From contig JBDTWD010000001.1 of the NCBI GenBank assembly GCA_040006915.1, positions 34,229 through 98,228 of the forward strand: 64,000 nucleotides of DNA, given 5' to 3'. Positions 37,601 through 46,558 of the stretch are shown here, piece after piece; positions within the stretch are counted from its first letter, which is position 1, and each line of letters begins with the position of its first letter. Source of the stretch: Candidatus Woesebacteria bacterium. Its GTDB lineage: Bacteria; Patescibacteriota; Microgenomatia; UBA1400; UBA12028. The notes beneath the pieces are model-generated. The model saw nothing but the letters and a program-made list of their open reading frames with translations, was not told the origin of the DNA and made no database searches. The position numbers were made by a program, and so were the translations under genes.

Positions 37601-39131
37601 TTAAAGCAAAAAGGCGTTCAGTCAAGCTTGCATTTGAGTCAAGTTTTAAATACGGACGACTTGGAACAGGCGGAGCATTTACGTTAATTGACTCGACTCG
37701 ACTAAGATCAATCCACTGTTTTATTTGTTCTTCCCACACATTGAGTGGTGTCTTTCCGGCCACGACAAGAATTGTTCCTGCTGCATTTTTAGTTGTGGCT
37801 TGTTGTTCGATCCTATTAAGAGCTGCTAAAAGCAACATGAGTGTTTTTCCAGTTCCCGGCTCGTCCGCTAAAATTCCGGTTTCCTGCATGAGTTTGGCAA
37901 TTCCTTCGACTTGATGCAGAAGAACATGAGGGAGTAGGTCTTCGTCATCAGAGTTTTTGGGTGAAAAATAATCAATGTGCTGATACGCATCGGCGATTGT
38001 AAAAAAGTATGACCGCATGCGTGGAAGCAGTCGTTCTTCAATTACATGTATAAGCGCGGTTTTTCCCTCGGGAATTCGTTGTGTAATATACTCATGCAAA
38101 AATCGATCCATTGCCTCACCTGCATGTTCACGACTGCCACCTTTTTCAAAATATGTACTCCAAAAGATACTGGCACTTTTATATGTACAACTGATTGCAA
38201 TGGGAAGAAGGATATGCTCTTCCATTGCATCGATAAGATCCAAAACTTCTGTACTTGTTGCACTTTCTTTATACCAGGTAATAAATGTCAGCTGATCTCG
38301 AAAGATTTTTTCCAAAGTAAGATCTTCACTGGATGTCAGGATTTCTGGATTAAATAGTGTGAAGAGATGATCTTGAATATACGAAGGATTTTGTCCCTGC
38401 AATCCTAGCTTTTGGAGGAGAAAGAGAGAGAGCTGCAAGATGACAGCCTTCTGACGATCTCTGGGGACCAGCGGGAGATATTGAAGAAGCGCGTGGACCG
38501 GTTTTGCTTCTTCTTTTTCCAGATACAAAAGGAGTTCTTCTCGGGATCGTTCGTCGTCGATATTGGCAAACTGAGCAAAGTTTTTTGGAAATCGTTTGAG
38601 TAGTCGCGTTTGTACCTCCGATGGTGCACGTTCATACAGAAGTCGATCAACTGCAGTAAATATATCATCAAAACTAATACTTGGATTCTGTTGTCGCTTC
38701 TCATAGTAGACGACAGAAGTAAGTTGTCCATACCAATCTGAATATTTTCCGGTTCGGTTTGCAGTTTTCGTCTGTGGGTCGGCAAATGTAAAAAACTTAT
38801 GAATCTCTTTTGGATTGGGAGTATATTGCAGACTAATATCAGCTGACAATTGCGACCAAAAGGAAGCATCATTCAGTACTTCTCGTGGATCACCTGTGTT
38901 TGTCAGTACCTCAGATTGTAGTTGTGAAGCGAGATGATATGTCCGTAGTGCCTCAATTGCCTGAGAGATTTTGCTTCCATATCGCGTCATGAGATCGCGA
39001 AGCAGGCCATGATCCCGAAACCACTGATAACTGAGCTCCTCGGGGCTTGGAATATGTTCTGAGGATGTCAATCCAAGTGCATCCGAGAAACGTTGTTCAA
39101 ACGACAGAGGCGATGTTTCACTATTTGTCAT
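34695..39131 (-). CDS. SNF2-family (RapA/Rad54-like) helicase ATPase fused to a complete sigma-70 factor (regions 1.2, 2, 3, 4) plus two further region-4-like HTHs. 1478 aa.
   Basis: Helicase motif I [15 protein letters not shown], motif II DEAH box [11 protein letters not shown], motif [17 protein letters not shown]. Sigma region 2 [40 protein letters not shown] and region 3 [16 protein letters not shown]. Region 4 [27 protein letters not shown]. Extra HTHs [28 protein letters not shown] and [20 protein letters not shown]. Confidence 0.8.
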   Translation of the reverse strand: [1478 protein letters not shown]

Positions 39132-39133
39132 AG

Positions 39134-40741
39134 TTATTTTATTTTCGAAACGAGATCTTTCAAAACAGCTAAATCAGCAGAAGTATACTGCTTTGTTTTA
39201 TCGACTTTTCCGACTCGCTGTCCGTGTTTATCACGCGAAAGACTGTATCCTAATTTTCGCAAGTATCGTTTAACCTCCATGAGTGAGATTTTGAGTTCGA
39301 CTGCAAGATCGTCCAATGTAAAGGATTGTGAATCTTTTATAGAACTATTCGCGTCGAAAATAATAAATTCTGGTACATCGTTTATTGCTTCATCATTAAT
39401 AGAAGCGCGAGACTTTTCTGAATCTGATAGTGTCGTGGCCCGATGTCCTGAAACAAAAGAGCTTTCAGGGAGTATAAACCTGTGTGATGGATCAAATGAG
39501 TCGTTTGTTTTTTGCCATATCATCCAATGGTTTTTGAAGTGAAGTTCTGGAAGAACAACCGGTTGGTATTTTTGTGCAAAGAGCGACGTGCAGGCATATT
39601 CAAGAAGGGCAAATGTTTCAGCATCTTCATTGAAGATAAGATATCCACCTTCTTTAATCGCAGCATCACTGGCTGCAATGAGAGGGGCGATAGATTCATT
39701 CGAAAGCTGAGAAAAATGTCCGTAAGAAACAATATGATCGAGTGAGACCCGTGGAGTATGTTGAAAGAATCGATCTGGACTATCTTTTTGTGGAATAATT
39801 CCCCAGGTATAGAGAAGGGTTGGAGTTAGTACCGAATCTTCATATGTTTGGTCATACCATCGTCGATCCTTTAAACGTCTAGCTACATAGCCACCCAGTT
39901 CATTCAGACACCAATATGGAATATATCCCCTGCCGTCTTGTTGTAACATGTGTCGATGTTTTTCCATGCCTTTGGCACTCATGTCTATTCCTTTTAGACG
40001 AACATCATCAAGTACGAGTTCAGTCCACATTTGTGTGAGGTGATCATAATCTGCCGGAGGAAACGAGGGAATGTAGAGGTTTCCCTGATGCCCTTTATGG
40101 GCGGCAAGCATGAGTGAGACATATGGAGTCTCATTACCAGGCAAAAGCGCACTGTTTTGACCTTCGAAAACTGAATTTGTTATAACAGTACGAAGATCTT
40201 GCCACAACTCTCGTTCATACTTCTTATTTTCCCATTTCAATTGGGAATCAAAACGAGACCGTGTTCGCTCTTTTCTCTGCTCGTTCTTGTTACGCCTTTT
40301 TGGACCACGTTTCCCGCCCTTACCGTCATAGCGAAAATCGCTTATCTTTTCATGTAACTGTGATGACTTTTCGTGAATACGAGGATCATCTTCATACTCA
40401 GCTCTGCGTTGTACGAACCAGGTGTATTCGGGTGAACTTGATTCTATGAGAGGAGAGAAGTCGACAGGGATGGTGGGAATAGATTCAACAGGGGTCGATG
40501 AATGACAGTCAGTTGAATATGCGAGAATGTCTTCCAACACTCGTTGCGGATTCGATTGGTAGAACTGTACAAACTGCTTTAATAGCCCGTGTGTATGAAA
40601 AAATGTTGTAGAGAGGAGAATAATATCGATGTACTGATACATTCGCTCATGTTCGAGAATAGTGTGAAGTCGGTGAAGGAATTGCTTTTTTTCAAGTAAT
40701 TCATTTTCCTTTACTGGTGGTCTTTCAATACCCTCTTTCAT
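39134..40741 (-). CDS. Hypothetical 535-aa protein with a basic Lys/Arg-rich segment and a C-terminal HTH-like region. It is translationally coupled (3-nt gap) upstream of the SNF2-sigma fusion gene.
   Basis: No catalytic motifs found. A basic stretch GKGGKRGPKRRNKNEQRKERTRSR. C-terminal LDDLAVELKISLMEVKRYLRKLGYS is HTH-like. Confidence 0.5.
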   Translation of the reverse strand: MKEGIERPPVKENELLEKKQFLHRLHTILEHERMYQYIDIILLSTTFFHTHGLLKQFVQFYQSNPQRVLEDILAYSTDCHSSTPVESIPTIPVDFSPLIESSSPEYTWFVQRRAEYEDDPRIHEKSSQLHEKISDFRYDGKGGKRGPKRRNKNEQRKERTRSRFDSQLKWENKKYERELWQDLRTVITNSVFEGQNSALLPGNETPYVSLMLAAHKGHQGNLYIPSFPPADYDHLTQMWTELVLDDVRLKGIDMSAKGMEKHRHMLQQDGRGYIPYWCLNELGGYVARRLKDRRWYDQTYEDSVLTPTLLYTWGIIPQKDSPDRFFQHTPRVSLDHIVSYGHFSQLSNESIAPLIAASDAAIKEGGYLIFNEDAETFALLEYACTSLFAQKYQPVVLPELHFKNHWMIWQKTNDSFDPSHRFILPESSFVSGHRATTLSDSEKSRASINDEAINDVPEFIIFDANSSIKDSQSFTLDDLAVELKISLMEVKRYLRKLGYSLSRDKHGQRVGKVDKTKQYTSADLAVLKDLVSKIK

Positions 40742-40930
40742 AGCGACAAGGCAGGATTATATATCACGCTTGGGGAATTTCCAAATAGATATCTATTTAT
40801 TTATATTGAAACGAAAATTGCGGTTTGTAAGCCGTACAAAAGAATCTATTTTTTATACAAACCTATTCTTGTTGAAAAATGATCATTTTTTAAATATCTT
40901 TGATATTAGGAATACGTTATACTCAATGTA

Positions 40931-41638
40931 ATGTCACAAAATCGTGAACTACTCCCCTCTCCAGAAACTCAGTTTCCTCAAATCATTGTGATAGATTTTG
41001 ATCGTACACTTGGCGATGTTGAAGCTAGTATGGAACGTTTTTATCAAGCAGCCACGCTTGTCGGGATTGAGACTGACGATATAAAAGAAGCGAGGAAAAA
41101 AGTAGAAGATGATGGTGGTTCATTCGAGCCTTTACGGTATGTAAAGCAAAAACTTTCTACAGATACGTATGGTCAATTCAGAGAGCATTTTGTGTACGCA
41201 AGCACTCCGGCTATTTTGTATCCGGACGCACCAGCCTTTCTGGAGACAGTGAAAAACGTTCCTCATTGTGTCCTAACATATGGAGTGAATGCCGAGTGGC
41301 AAGAATTGAAAATAGCTGCAAGTGGATATACAGGCCCCTTTACGGTGACTGCGGCGGCAAAAAAAGGAAAAATGTTGAGTACGTGGAAGAATGCAGACAA
41401 TGAATATGTGCTGCAACGAGAGAATGGTATACAAGTGTCTGCTCCTTCCCTCTGTTTGATCGATGACAAAGCCAGTGCTTTTGAAGGATTAGGAACTGAT
41501 TGTTCTGGATTTTTGCTTCAACGAGAAGGCTTCCTTCTGGCAAGTCAGCGAGGTGAGATTCCTGCTGGGGTGACGGTTATTCGCAGTTTATCAGAATTAG
41601 CAATTGTTGATAATCAATTACAAAAAGTGGAAATATAG
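40931..41638 (+). CDS. HAD-superfamily hydrolase.
   Basis: Motif I VIDFDRTLGD (DxDxT) near the N-terminus and a later DD motif (LIDDKASAFEG). Confidence 0.6.
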   Translation: MSQNRELLPSPETQFPQIIVIDFDRTLGDVEASMERFYQAATLVGIETDDIKEARKKVEDDGGSFEPLRYVKQKLSTDTYGQFREHFVYASTPAILYPDAPAFLETVKNVPHCVLTYGVNAEWQELKIAASGYTGPFTVTAAAKKGKMLSTWKNADNEYVLQRENGIQVSAPSLCLIDDKASAFEGLGTDCSGFLLQREGFLLASQRGEIPAGVTVIRSLSELAIVDNQLQKVEI

Positions 41639-41693
41639 ATTTTGTAGAGAAGATAGCTACCTCTTGCTTCGTTTTCACAATAAGTAGCAGTGA

Positions 41694-41758
41694 AAAAGCC
41701 ACACATTTTTGGGTAGAGTGTATCAGGATTGATACAACTCCATCCATGTGTGGCTTTT
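41694..41758. terminator. 13-bp perfect inverted repeat (AAAAGCCACACAT ... ATGTGTGGCTTTT) between convergent genes. It is a likely bidirectional terminator.
   Basis: Seen directly in the sequence. The loop is ~39 nt. T-rich sequence follows on both strands. Confidence 0.4.
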
Positions 41759-41779
41759 CCTTGTGTTTTCATCTGTTGA

Positions 41780-42235
41780 CTATTCACGTCTTGTTGCCCA
41801 AGTGAGGGGAATCAAGTACACGAGTGCCCCGACCCATCCCATTTCCATATCCGTGACACTGTTGTCATTGATATGCAAGTACGTGAGCTGGTGCGAGCGG
41901 TAAAGCATAAACCCGAGCGCACTGGAGAGGACGATGCAATACAGGATGTATCGAACCCACCACTTGTGCTGTAGGTGCAGAAGTGTAGTGATCAAGCATG
42001 CAGCCAACAGGCCGCTACTTGCGAACACCCAAATAGAGCAAAACGTCGTCATCGAGATTGACAGGTGTCCCAGATGCCCTAAAGCATCATAGACAGGAAA
42101 CAACCAGTTCATCTCCCCGTCCAATCCGTTAAAGAAGTTCTCCTCCACCACGGTGAAGAAGAGTTGCCCTGCTTCTCCTGCGATCAGAAGAGCTAGGATG
42201 ACGATCCAGACGCTTTTCATTTGTTTTGCGTTCAC
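41780..42235 (-). CDS. Hypothetical membrane protein with four predicted TM helices.
   Basis: Hydropathy of the 151-aa ORF. Confidence 0.4.
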   Translation of the reverse strand: MNAKQMKSVWIVILALLIAGEAGQLFFTVVEENFFNGLDGEMNWLFPVYDALGHLGHLSISMTTFCSIWVFASSGLLAACLITTLLHLQHKWWVRYILYCIVLSSALGFMLYRSHQLTYLHINDNSVTDMEMGWVGALVYLIPLTWATRRE

Positions 42236-42565
42236 GAAGTCTCCTTTTACATTGAATTAAACTAGCCTTTTAGGTACGGGAAGATGCCCAAAAGGCTAGT
42301 TTCAATGTGTAAAGGAGATAGTCCGACAGATGTAAAGGAACAAGGTAACGTAATAAGAAACAAGACGGTATCAGCGTTTGATATGTCTCACCTATTTATT
42401 ACAGGCTCTGATTATACACTAGGAAGCATGGGAGAGGCACCCCAGGGGTTAGGAGATGCTCTCTCTGGCATGTTTAAACAGTTCGTTGGAGTCGGAGGTA
42501 ATCAAGGGATGTTCCTTTTCTGAGGAGACCACTTCATGGCGACATGGTGTTGATCAGCAATGAGC

Positions 42566-45475
42566 TTAGAATTTTTTTACGATGACGTCTGTAAATCGAT
42601 TGAGCATTTTTGAGAAATCAGTTATATGAATTTTTCCTTTATACGTTTTTAAGAGAGACTCTTGAATTACTTGCTTGATTATCTTTATGAATTCCTCTCG
42701 TTTTGAAGAGTCTTGCCAGTTTTTATCTAACAGTGAAGATAGTTGCTGAGTCAGACTTTTGGAGATAAAAAGTAACTCATCATCATCAGGGTTCAAACTA
42801 TATTCTTGCAAAAGTCGATACATTCCCATTTCTTGCAGAGTAAGCCCTAGATGTTTCGCTTCTTCGCTCTTGCTTTTCAAATCATTGAGCAAGTCAAAGT
42901 ATCTCTTAATCCGCTCTGAGAGGTCTATTTGTTGCTTTTCAAATTCATCACGGATAGAGAGTAATCGTAGACTAAATTTTTCGAATGACGGATCCGAATC
43001 AATTTGCATTTGAATCTCGTGTTTGATTATTTTCTCTAGTTGCAGTGCTTTTTCCTCTTCATCATCACTGTGAAGCCTATTGAGAACGTAGATATCATTG
43101 ACCGTTAATTCTTTAAAATTGCGGGTAATCCCTTCGTAATCAATTTCTTCCTGAATGATTTTTTTTACCTTCTCCCCATACTCGGCGAGCATTGCGTGAT
43201 TATCATCTTCATCTTGATATGTTTTCTTGAATGCCAAATAAAAACTCGTAATCCATTCAAATTGACGTAGGTATGTGGAGAGGAATGGATCTGGAGACAA
43301 TATTTCGAATAGTAATTTTAATTTTCCGTATTTTTCAACAAAATAGTTCTGTTTTCGCTCATTTTCAGTAAAAATTTTGAGTGCACGACGTAAGTTATCC
43401 ATTGAAGGATCTTCAATATTGATGCCAGTAAACAGTTCCATGATTTCACTTAGAATTTGGATAAACTGTTCTTTAAGTTGATTGATATTGATGAGCGCTG
43501 AGTCGACAATGCTCTCATCAAAATCGAGCGCATCATAGAGGTTTTTTGTAATTCCGTAATAGTCGATAATTTTGCCTGCACCCTTATTTGGATACACGCG
43601 ATTAGTGCGTGCGATTGCTTGGAGTAGATTATGATCTCGTAGTGGCTTATCTAGATACATGACCTGCTCGATCGGTGCATCAAATCCAGTCAGTAACATA
43701 TCACACACCAATAAAAATTGAAGAGGATTCTTTGGATCTTTAAATCGAGTGATGAGTTGTTCTCGCTCTTGCTTGTTTGTGTTGTAGACTTTTAAATCAT
43801 CGGATTCATCATTTGGATCTCCTGGAGAATATATGACTGCAGAGAATTCAGGAGATATCAGTCGATCAAAAATTACTTTATACTTTGCAGTCGCTTCTCG
43901 ATCAAAACAAACAACTTGTGCCTTGAATCCATTCGGAGCGACATACAGTTTAAAGTGTTCGATAATATCCTGTGCGACAGACTCCATACGTTTCGTCAGT
44001 TTTACTAAAGCGGCTTTTTTTCCAAATTTCTTTGAAAGCGCTTCTTTTTGACTATCGGTGAGATCAGTTGTCATCTCGTCAAATTGCTGATCGACTTTCT
44101 CTTCATTAATTGAAAATTTAGAAAGTCTGGCTTCATATGTGACAGGAAGTGTTGCTCCATCATCGATGGCCTCTTGGATTGAATAATAATCTAAGTAACG
44201 TTCGCCATCTTCCCCAAAGTTTCGGTGTGTATTGAGCGTGAGTTTATCGATTGGGGTTCCAGTGAACCCAAATAAAAATGCCTTGTGTAATGATGTTCGT
44301 AAATTGATTGCACTGATTCCTTCGTTATCTCGATGTGCCTCGTCTGAGAGGACGATAATATTCTCATTTGTATTTTCGACATTTGGTCCGAGCTCACTGA
44401 ATTTCTGGATCGTTGAGATAAAGATTCCTCGCTCCGAATTTTGAATCTTCTCTTCTAGATCTTTGCGAGATGTGACCCGTGTCACATTCTCGCCACCACA
44501 ATTCATGAAGGTATCAAATATTTGATCATCCAGGTCGATTCGATCAACAAGGATAAAAACTTTGGGATTGTGAAGCAAAGTATCAAATCGAAGTTTCCAT
44601 GCAGTGAAAAACATAGTCAAACTTTTCCCCGATCCTTGCGTGTGCCAAACGAGTCCGCGCTTTTTCTCTCCCTGTTTCACTCGCTCGATAATTTTATTTG
44701 TTGCTCGGAATTGCTGATACCTGGCGATCTTTTTTATTCGACCATCAGTCGTTTTTTCAAACACTATAAAATTAGAGATAATATCCAGTAGAGTCTCTTT
44801 GGTAAGGAGGGCTGCTATCGACATTTCTACATTTCCACCATGAAGAGTTTCTAGATCCTCGTCTTTCCATTGCAAGAAATGCTGGAGTGGTGAGTACGTC
44901 GCACCATACACTGTTTGAATACCGTCTGTTGCTATACTGAAGCAGTTTGGCCAAAAGAGCCGATGCGCATTCTTCTCGTAGCGTTTGAGCTGTCCGACGG
45001 CCTTGGAGTAGTCCACGAGAGTACTTGCAGTCGGACTTTTTGCTTCGATATCGATAAGAGGGATTCCATTGACGAAGATCATGATATCCGGACGGATATT
45101 TTCTAAATTACCTTCAAAGTAAAACTGATTCGTGACTACAAATTGATTGTTCTCTGGATTCCGCAAATCAATAACTTTGTAGTCTCTCATCTTGCCACTC
45201 ACGGGATCTTTTAGATTAACGCCAGATCTATAGAGTCTCAGGAAGTCTTCGTTTGAGTCGATCTTCTTCACCTCTCGGAGTACACTTTGTGCCTCATCTT
45301 CAGAGATTTCATTGATTCGTTGTATTGCTACTAGGAGATGGGAAGAGATCAGAAATTCATTCTCAAACTCTCGAAGCTTGGAAAAAATTTCAGGCCTGAT
45401 GTACTCATATCCAAGTGTGGCTGATATGAATTTAATGATGTGATTCTCGACGGTGTATTGTTCGTTAAATTTCAT
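42566..45475 (-). CDS. hsdR: Type I restriction enzyme R subunit (HsdR).
   Basis: N-terminal nuclease region, helicase motif I TQGSGKSLTM and DEAH box LSDEAHR. The 969-aa size is typical of HsdR. Confidence 0.9.
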   Translation of the reverse strand: MKFNEQYTVENHIIKFISATLGYEYIRPEIFSKLREFENEFLISSHLLVAIQRINEISEDEAQSVLREVKKIDSNEDFLRLYRSGVNLKDPVSGKMRDYKVIDLRNPENNQFVVTNQFYFEGNLENIRPDIMIFVNGIPLIDIEAKSPTASTLVDYSKAVGQLKRYEKNAHRLFWPNCFSIATDGIQTVYGATYSPLQHFLQWKDEDLETLHGGNVEMSIAALLTKETLLDIISNFIVFEKTTDGRIKKIARYQQFRATNKIIERVKQGEKKRGLVWHTQGSGKSLTMFFTAWKLRFDTLLHNPKVFILVDRIDLDDQIFDTFMNCGGENVTRVTSRKDLEEKIQNSERGIFISTIQKFSELGPNVENTNENIIVLSDEAHRDNEGISAINLRTSLHKAFLFGFTGTPIDKLTLNTHRNFGEDGERYLDYYSIQEAIDDGATLPVTYEARLSKFSINEEKVDQQFDEMTTDLTDSQKEALSKKFGKKAALVKLTKRMESVAQDIIEHFKLYVAPNGFKAQVVCFDREATAKYKVIFDRLISPEFSAVIYSPGDPNDESDDLKVYNTNKQEREQLITRFKDPKNPLQFLLVCDMLLTGFDAPIEQVMYLDKPLRDHNLLQAIARTNRVYPNKGAGKIIDYYGITKNLYDALDFDESIVDSALININQLKEQFIQILSEIMELFTGINIEDPSMDNLRRALKIFTENERKQNYFVEKYGKLKLLFEILSPDPFLSTYLRQFEWITSFYLAFKKTYQDEDDNHAMLAEYGEKVKKIIQEEIDYEGITRNFKELTVNDIYVLNRLHSDDEEEKALQLEKIIKHEIQMQIDSDPSFEKFSLRLLSIRDEFEKQQIDLSERIKRYFDLLNDLKSKSEEAKHLGLTLQEMGMYRLLQEYSLNPDDDELLFISKSLTQQLSSLLDKNWQDSSKREEFIKIIKQVIQESLLKTYKGKIHITDFSKMLNRFTDVIVKKF

Positions 45476-45477
45476 AA

Positions 45478-46557
45478 TTATGCAAAGAATCTTTCCATCC
45501 CTCCCTCGATCATAAAATTAGTATATCCCTGGTTTGGAAAATACATATCTGTGATTTTTATTTGATCCACAACTCTAAATCTTTTAACATAATCCTGCGC
45601 TGATAATCCACCATTCGATACGATAGTAAGCTTTACATTGTCATGTAGATGCTCCTTCAACAAAGATAGTAAGTACTCGTCTTGCGCTCTCCAACCTATG
45701 ACGAGAATTCGATCAGTTTCCTTTATTTGTTCAATCAAACTATCGATATGTGATTTAGGACAAATAAAATTCCCTTTTGTTCCGATAGGTATTGCGATTG
45801 CTGGTAAATAGTACAGCCATTGTCCTTCACGAAAACCATTTTCTTTGTGCTCACGATAGGCTTCGTTTAAGCTAAAAGAATCAATTGCCCTGTAGTTGAA
45901 TCTTTTGATTACAATGGGAAAAACTTCGCGCTCTCTGTAGTCATCACTTCGAATCTCTGTATCAGACATGAAATATTCATAGACATCTCTTTTTAGTGAG
46001 TCGATTTTTGGAATATACCTCCAATTATGGGCGCCATGAATCTTAATAACTTTTATGGGTCCTGAAATATAGTCATCAATGTTGTTTCCTAAATTTATAT
46101 TGCTAATATTTTTCTCGAATAGAGTGTCATAGTTGAAATTCACGACACATGCATTTCCACCGCGGTTGTTTATTTCATTAATCAGATGAAGATGATTGTT
46201 TGTATGTCTGAAATGATAAAAAGATACTTTATTTAGAAGTTCAGCTAAATAAAACCTTAAAGCCATTACTTGAGTTCTCGTGTTGTCTGGATAGTCTTGT
46301 TGAATCTGTGATAAATATTTTTCAAAATCGAAACTATTCTTTTGGTTTTTTACCAGATTATTGATTGTGGCAGCTAGTGGTTTGACATGTTCATAATTCC
46401 CTATTATTCTGCCAAATTTAGCCACATCAAATAGTTGATTTGTAAGAGGAGGTTGCCAGTCTTTCAACTCAAAAATGTCGTTATGACCTTCGTAGTCGGC
46501 GAGATTTTGAAAGTCATGTGAAGCGCCAGCACCAAGAATGATGAGTGGATGTGCCAT
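45478..46557 (-). CDS. SIR2-like (SIR2_2 family) NAD-binding/NADase domain protein, embedded between hsdS and hsdR.
   Basis: The N-terminal IILGAGAS glycine motif, VVNFNYDTLFE (SIR2_2 NYD motif) and IKIHGAHNW (catalytic His) match defence-associated SIR2 domains. Start and stop are coupled with hsdS and hsdR (1 to 2 nt). Confidence 0.7.
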   Translation of the reverse strand: MAHPLIILGAGASHDFQNLADYEGHNDIFELKDWQPPLTNQLFDVAKFGRIIGNYEHVKPLAATINNLVKNQKNSFDFEKYLSQIQQDYPDNTRTQVMALRFYLAELLNKVSFYHFRHTNNHLHLINEINNRGGNACVVNFNYDTLFEKNISNINLGNNIDDYISGPIKVIKIHGAHNWRYIPKIDSLKRDVYEYFMSDTEIRSDDYREREVFPIVIKRFNYRAIDSFSLNEAYREHKENGFREGQWLYYLPAIAIPIGTKGNFICPKSHIDSLIEQIKETDRILVIGWRAQDEYLLSLLKEHLHDNVKLTIVSNGGLSAQDYVKRFRVVDQIKITDMYFPNQGYTNFMIEGGMERFFA

Positions 46558-46558
46558 A

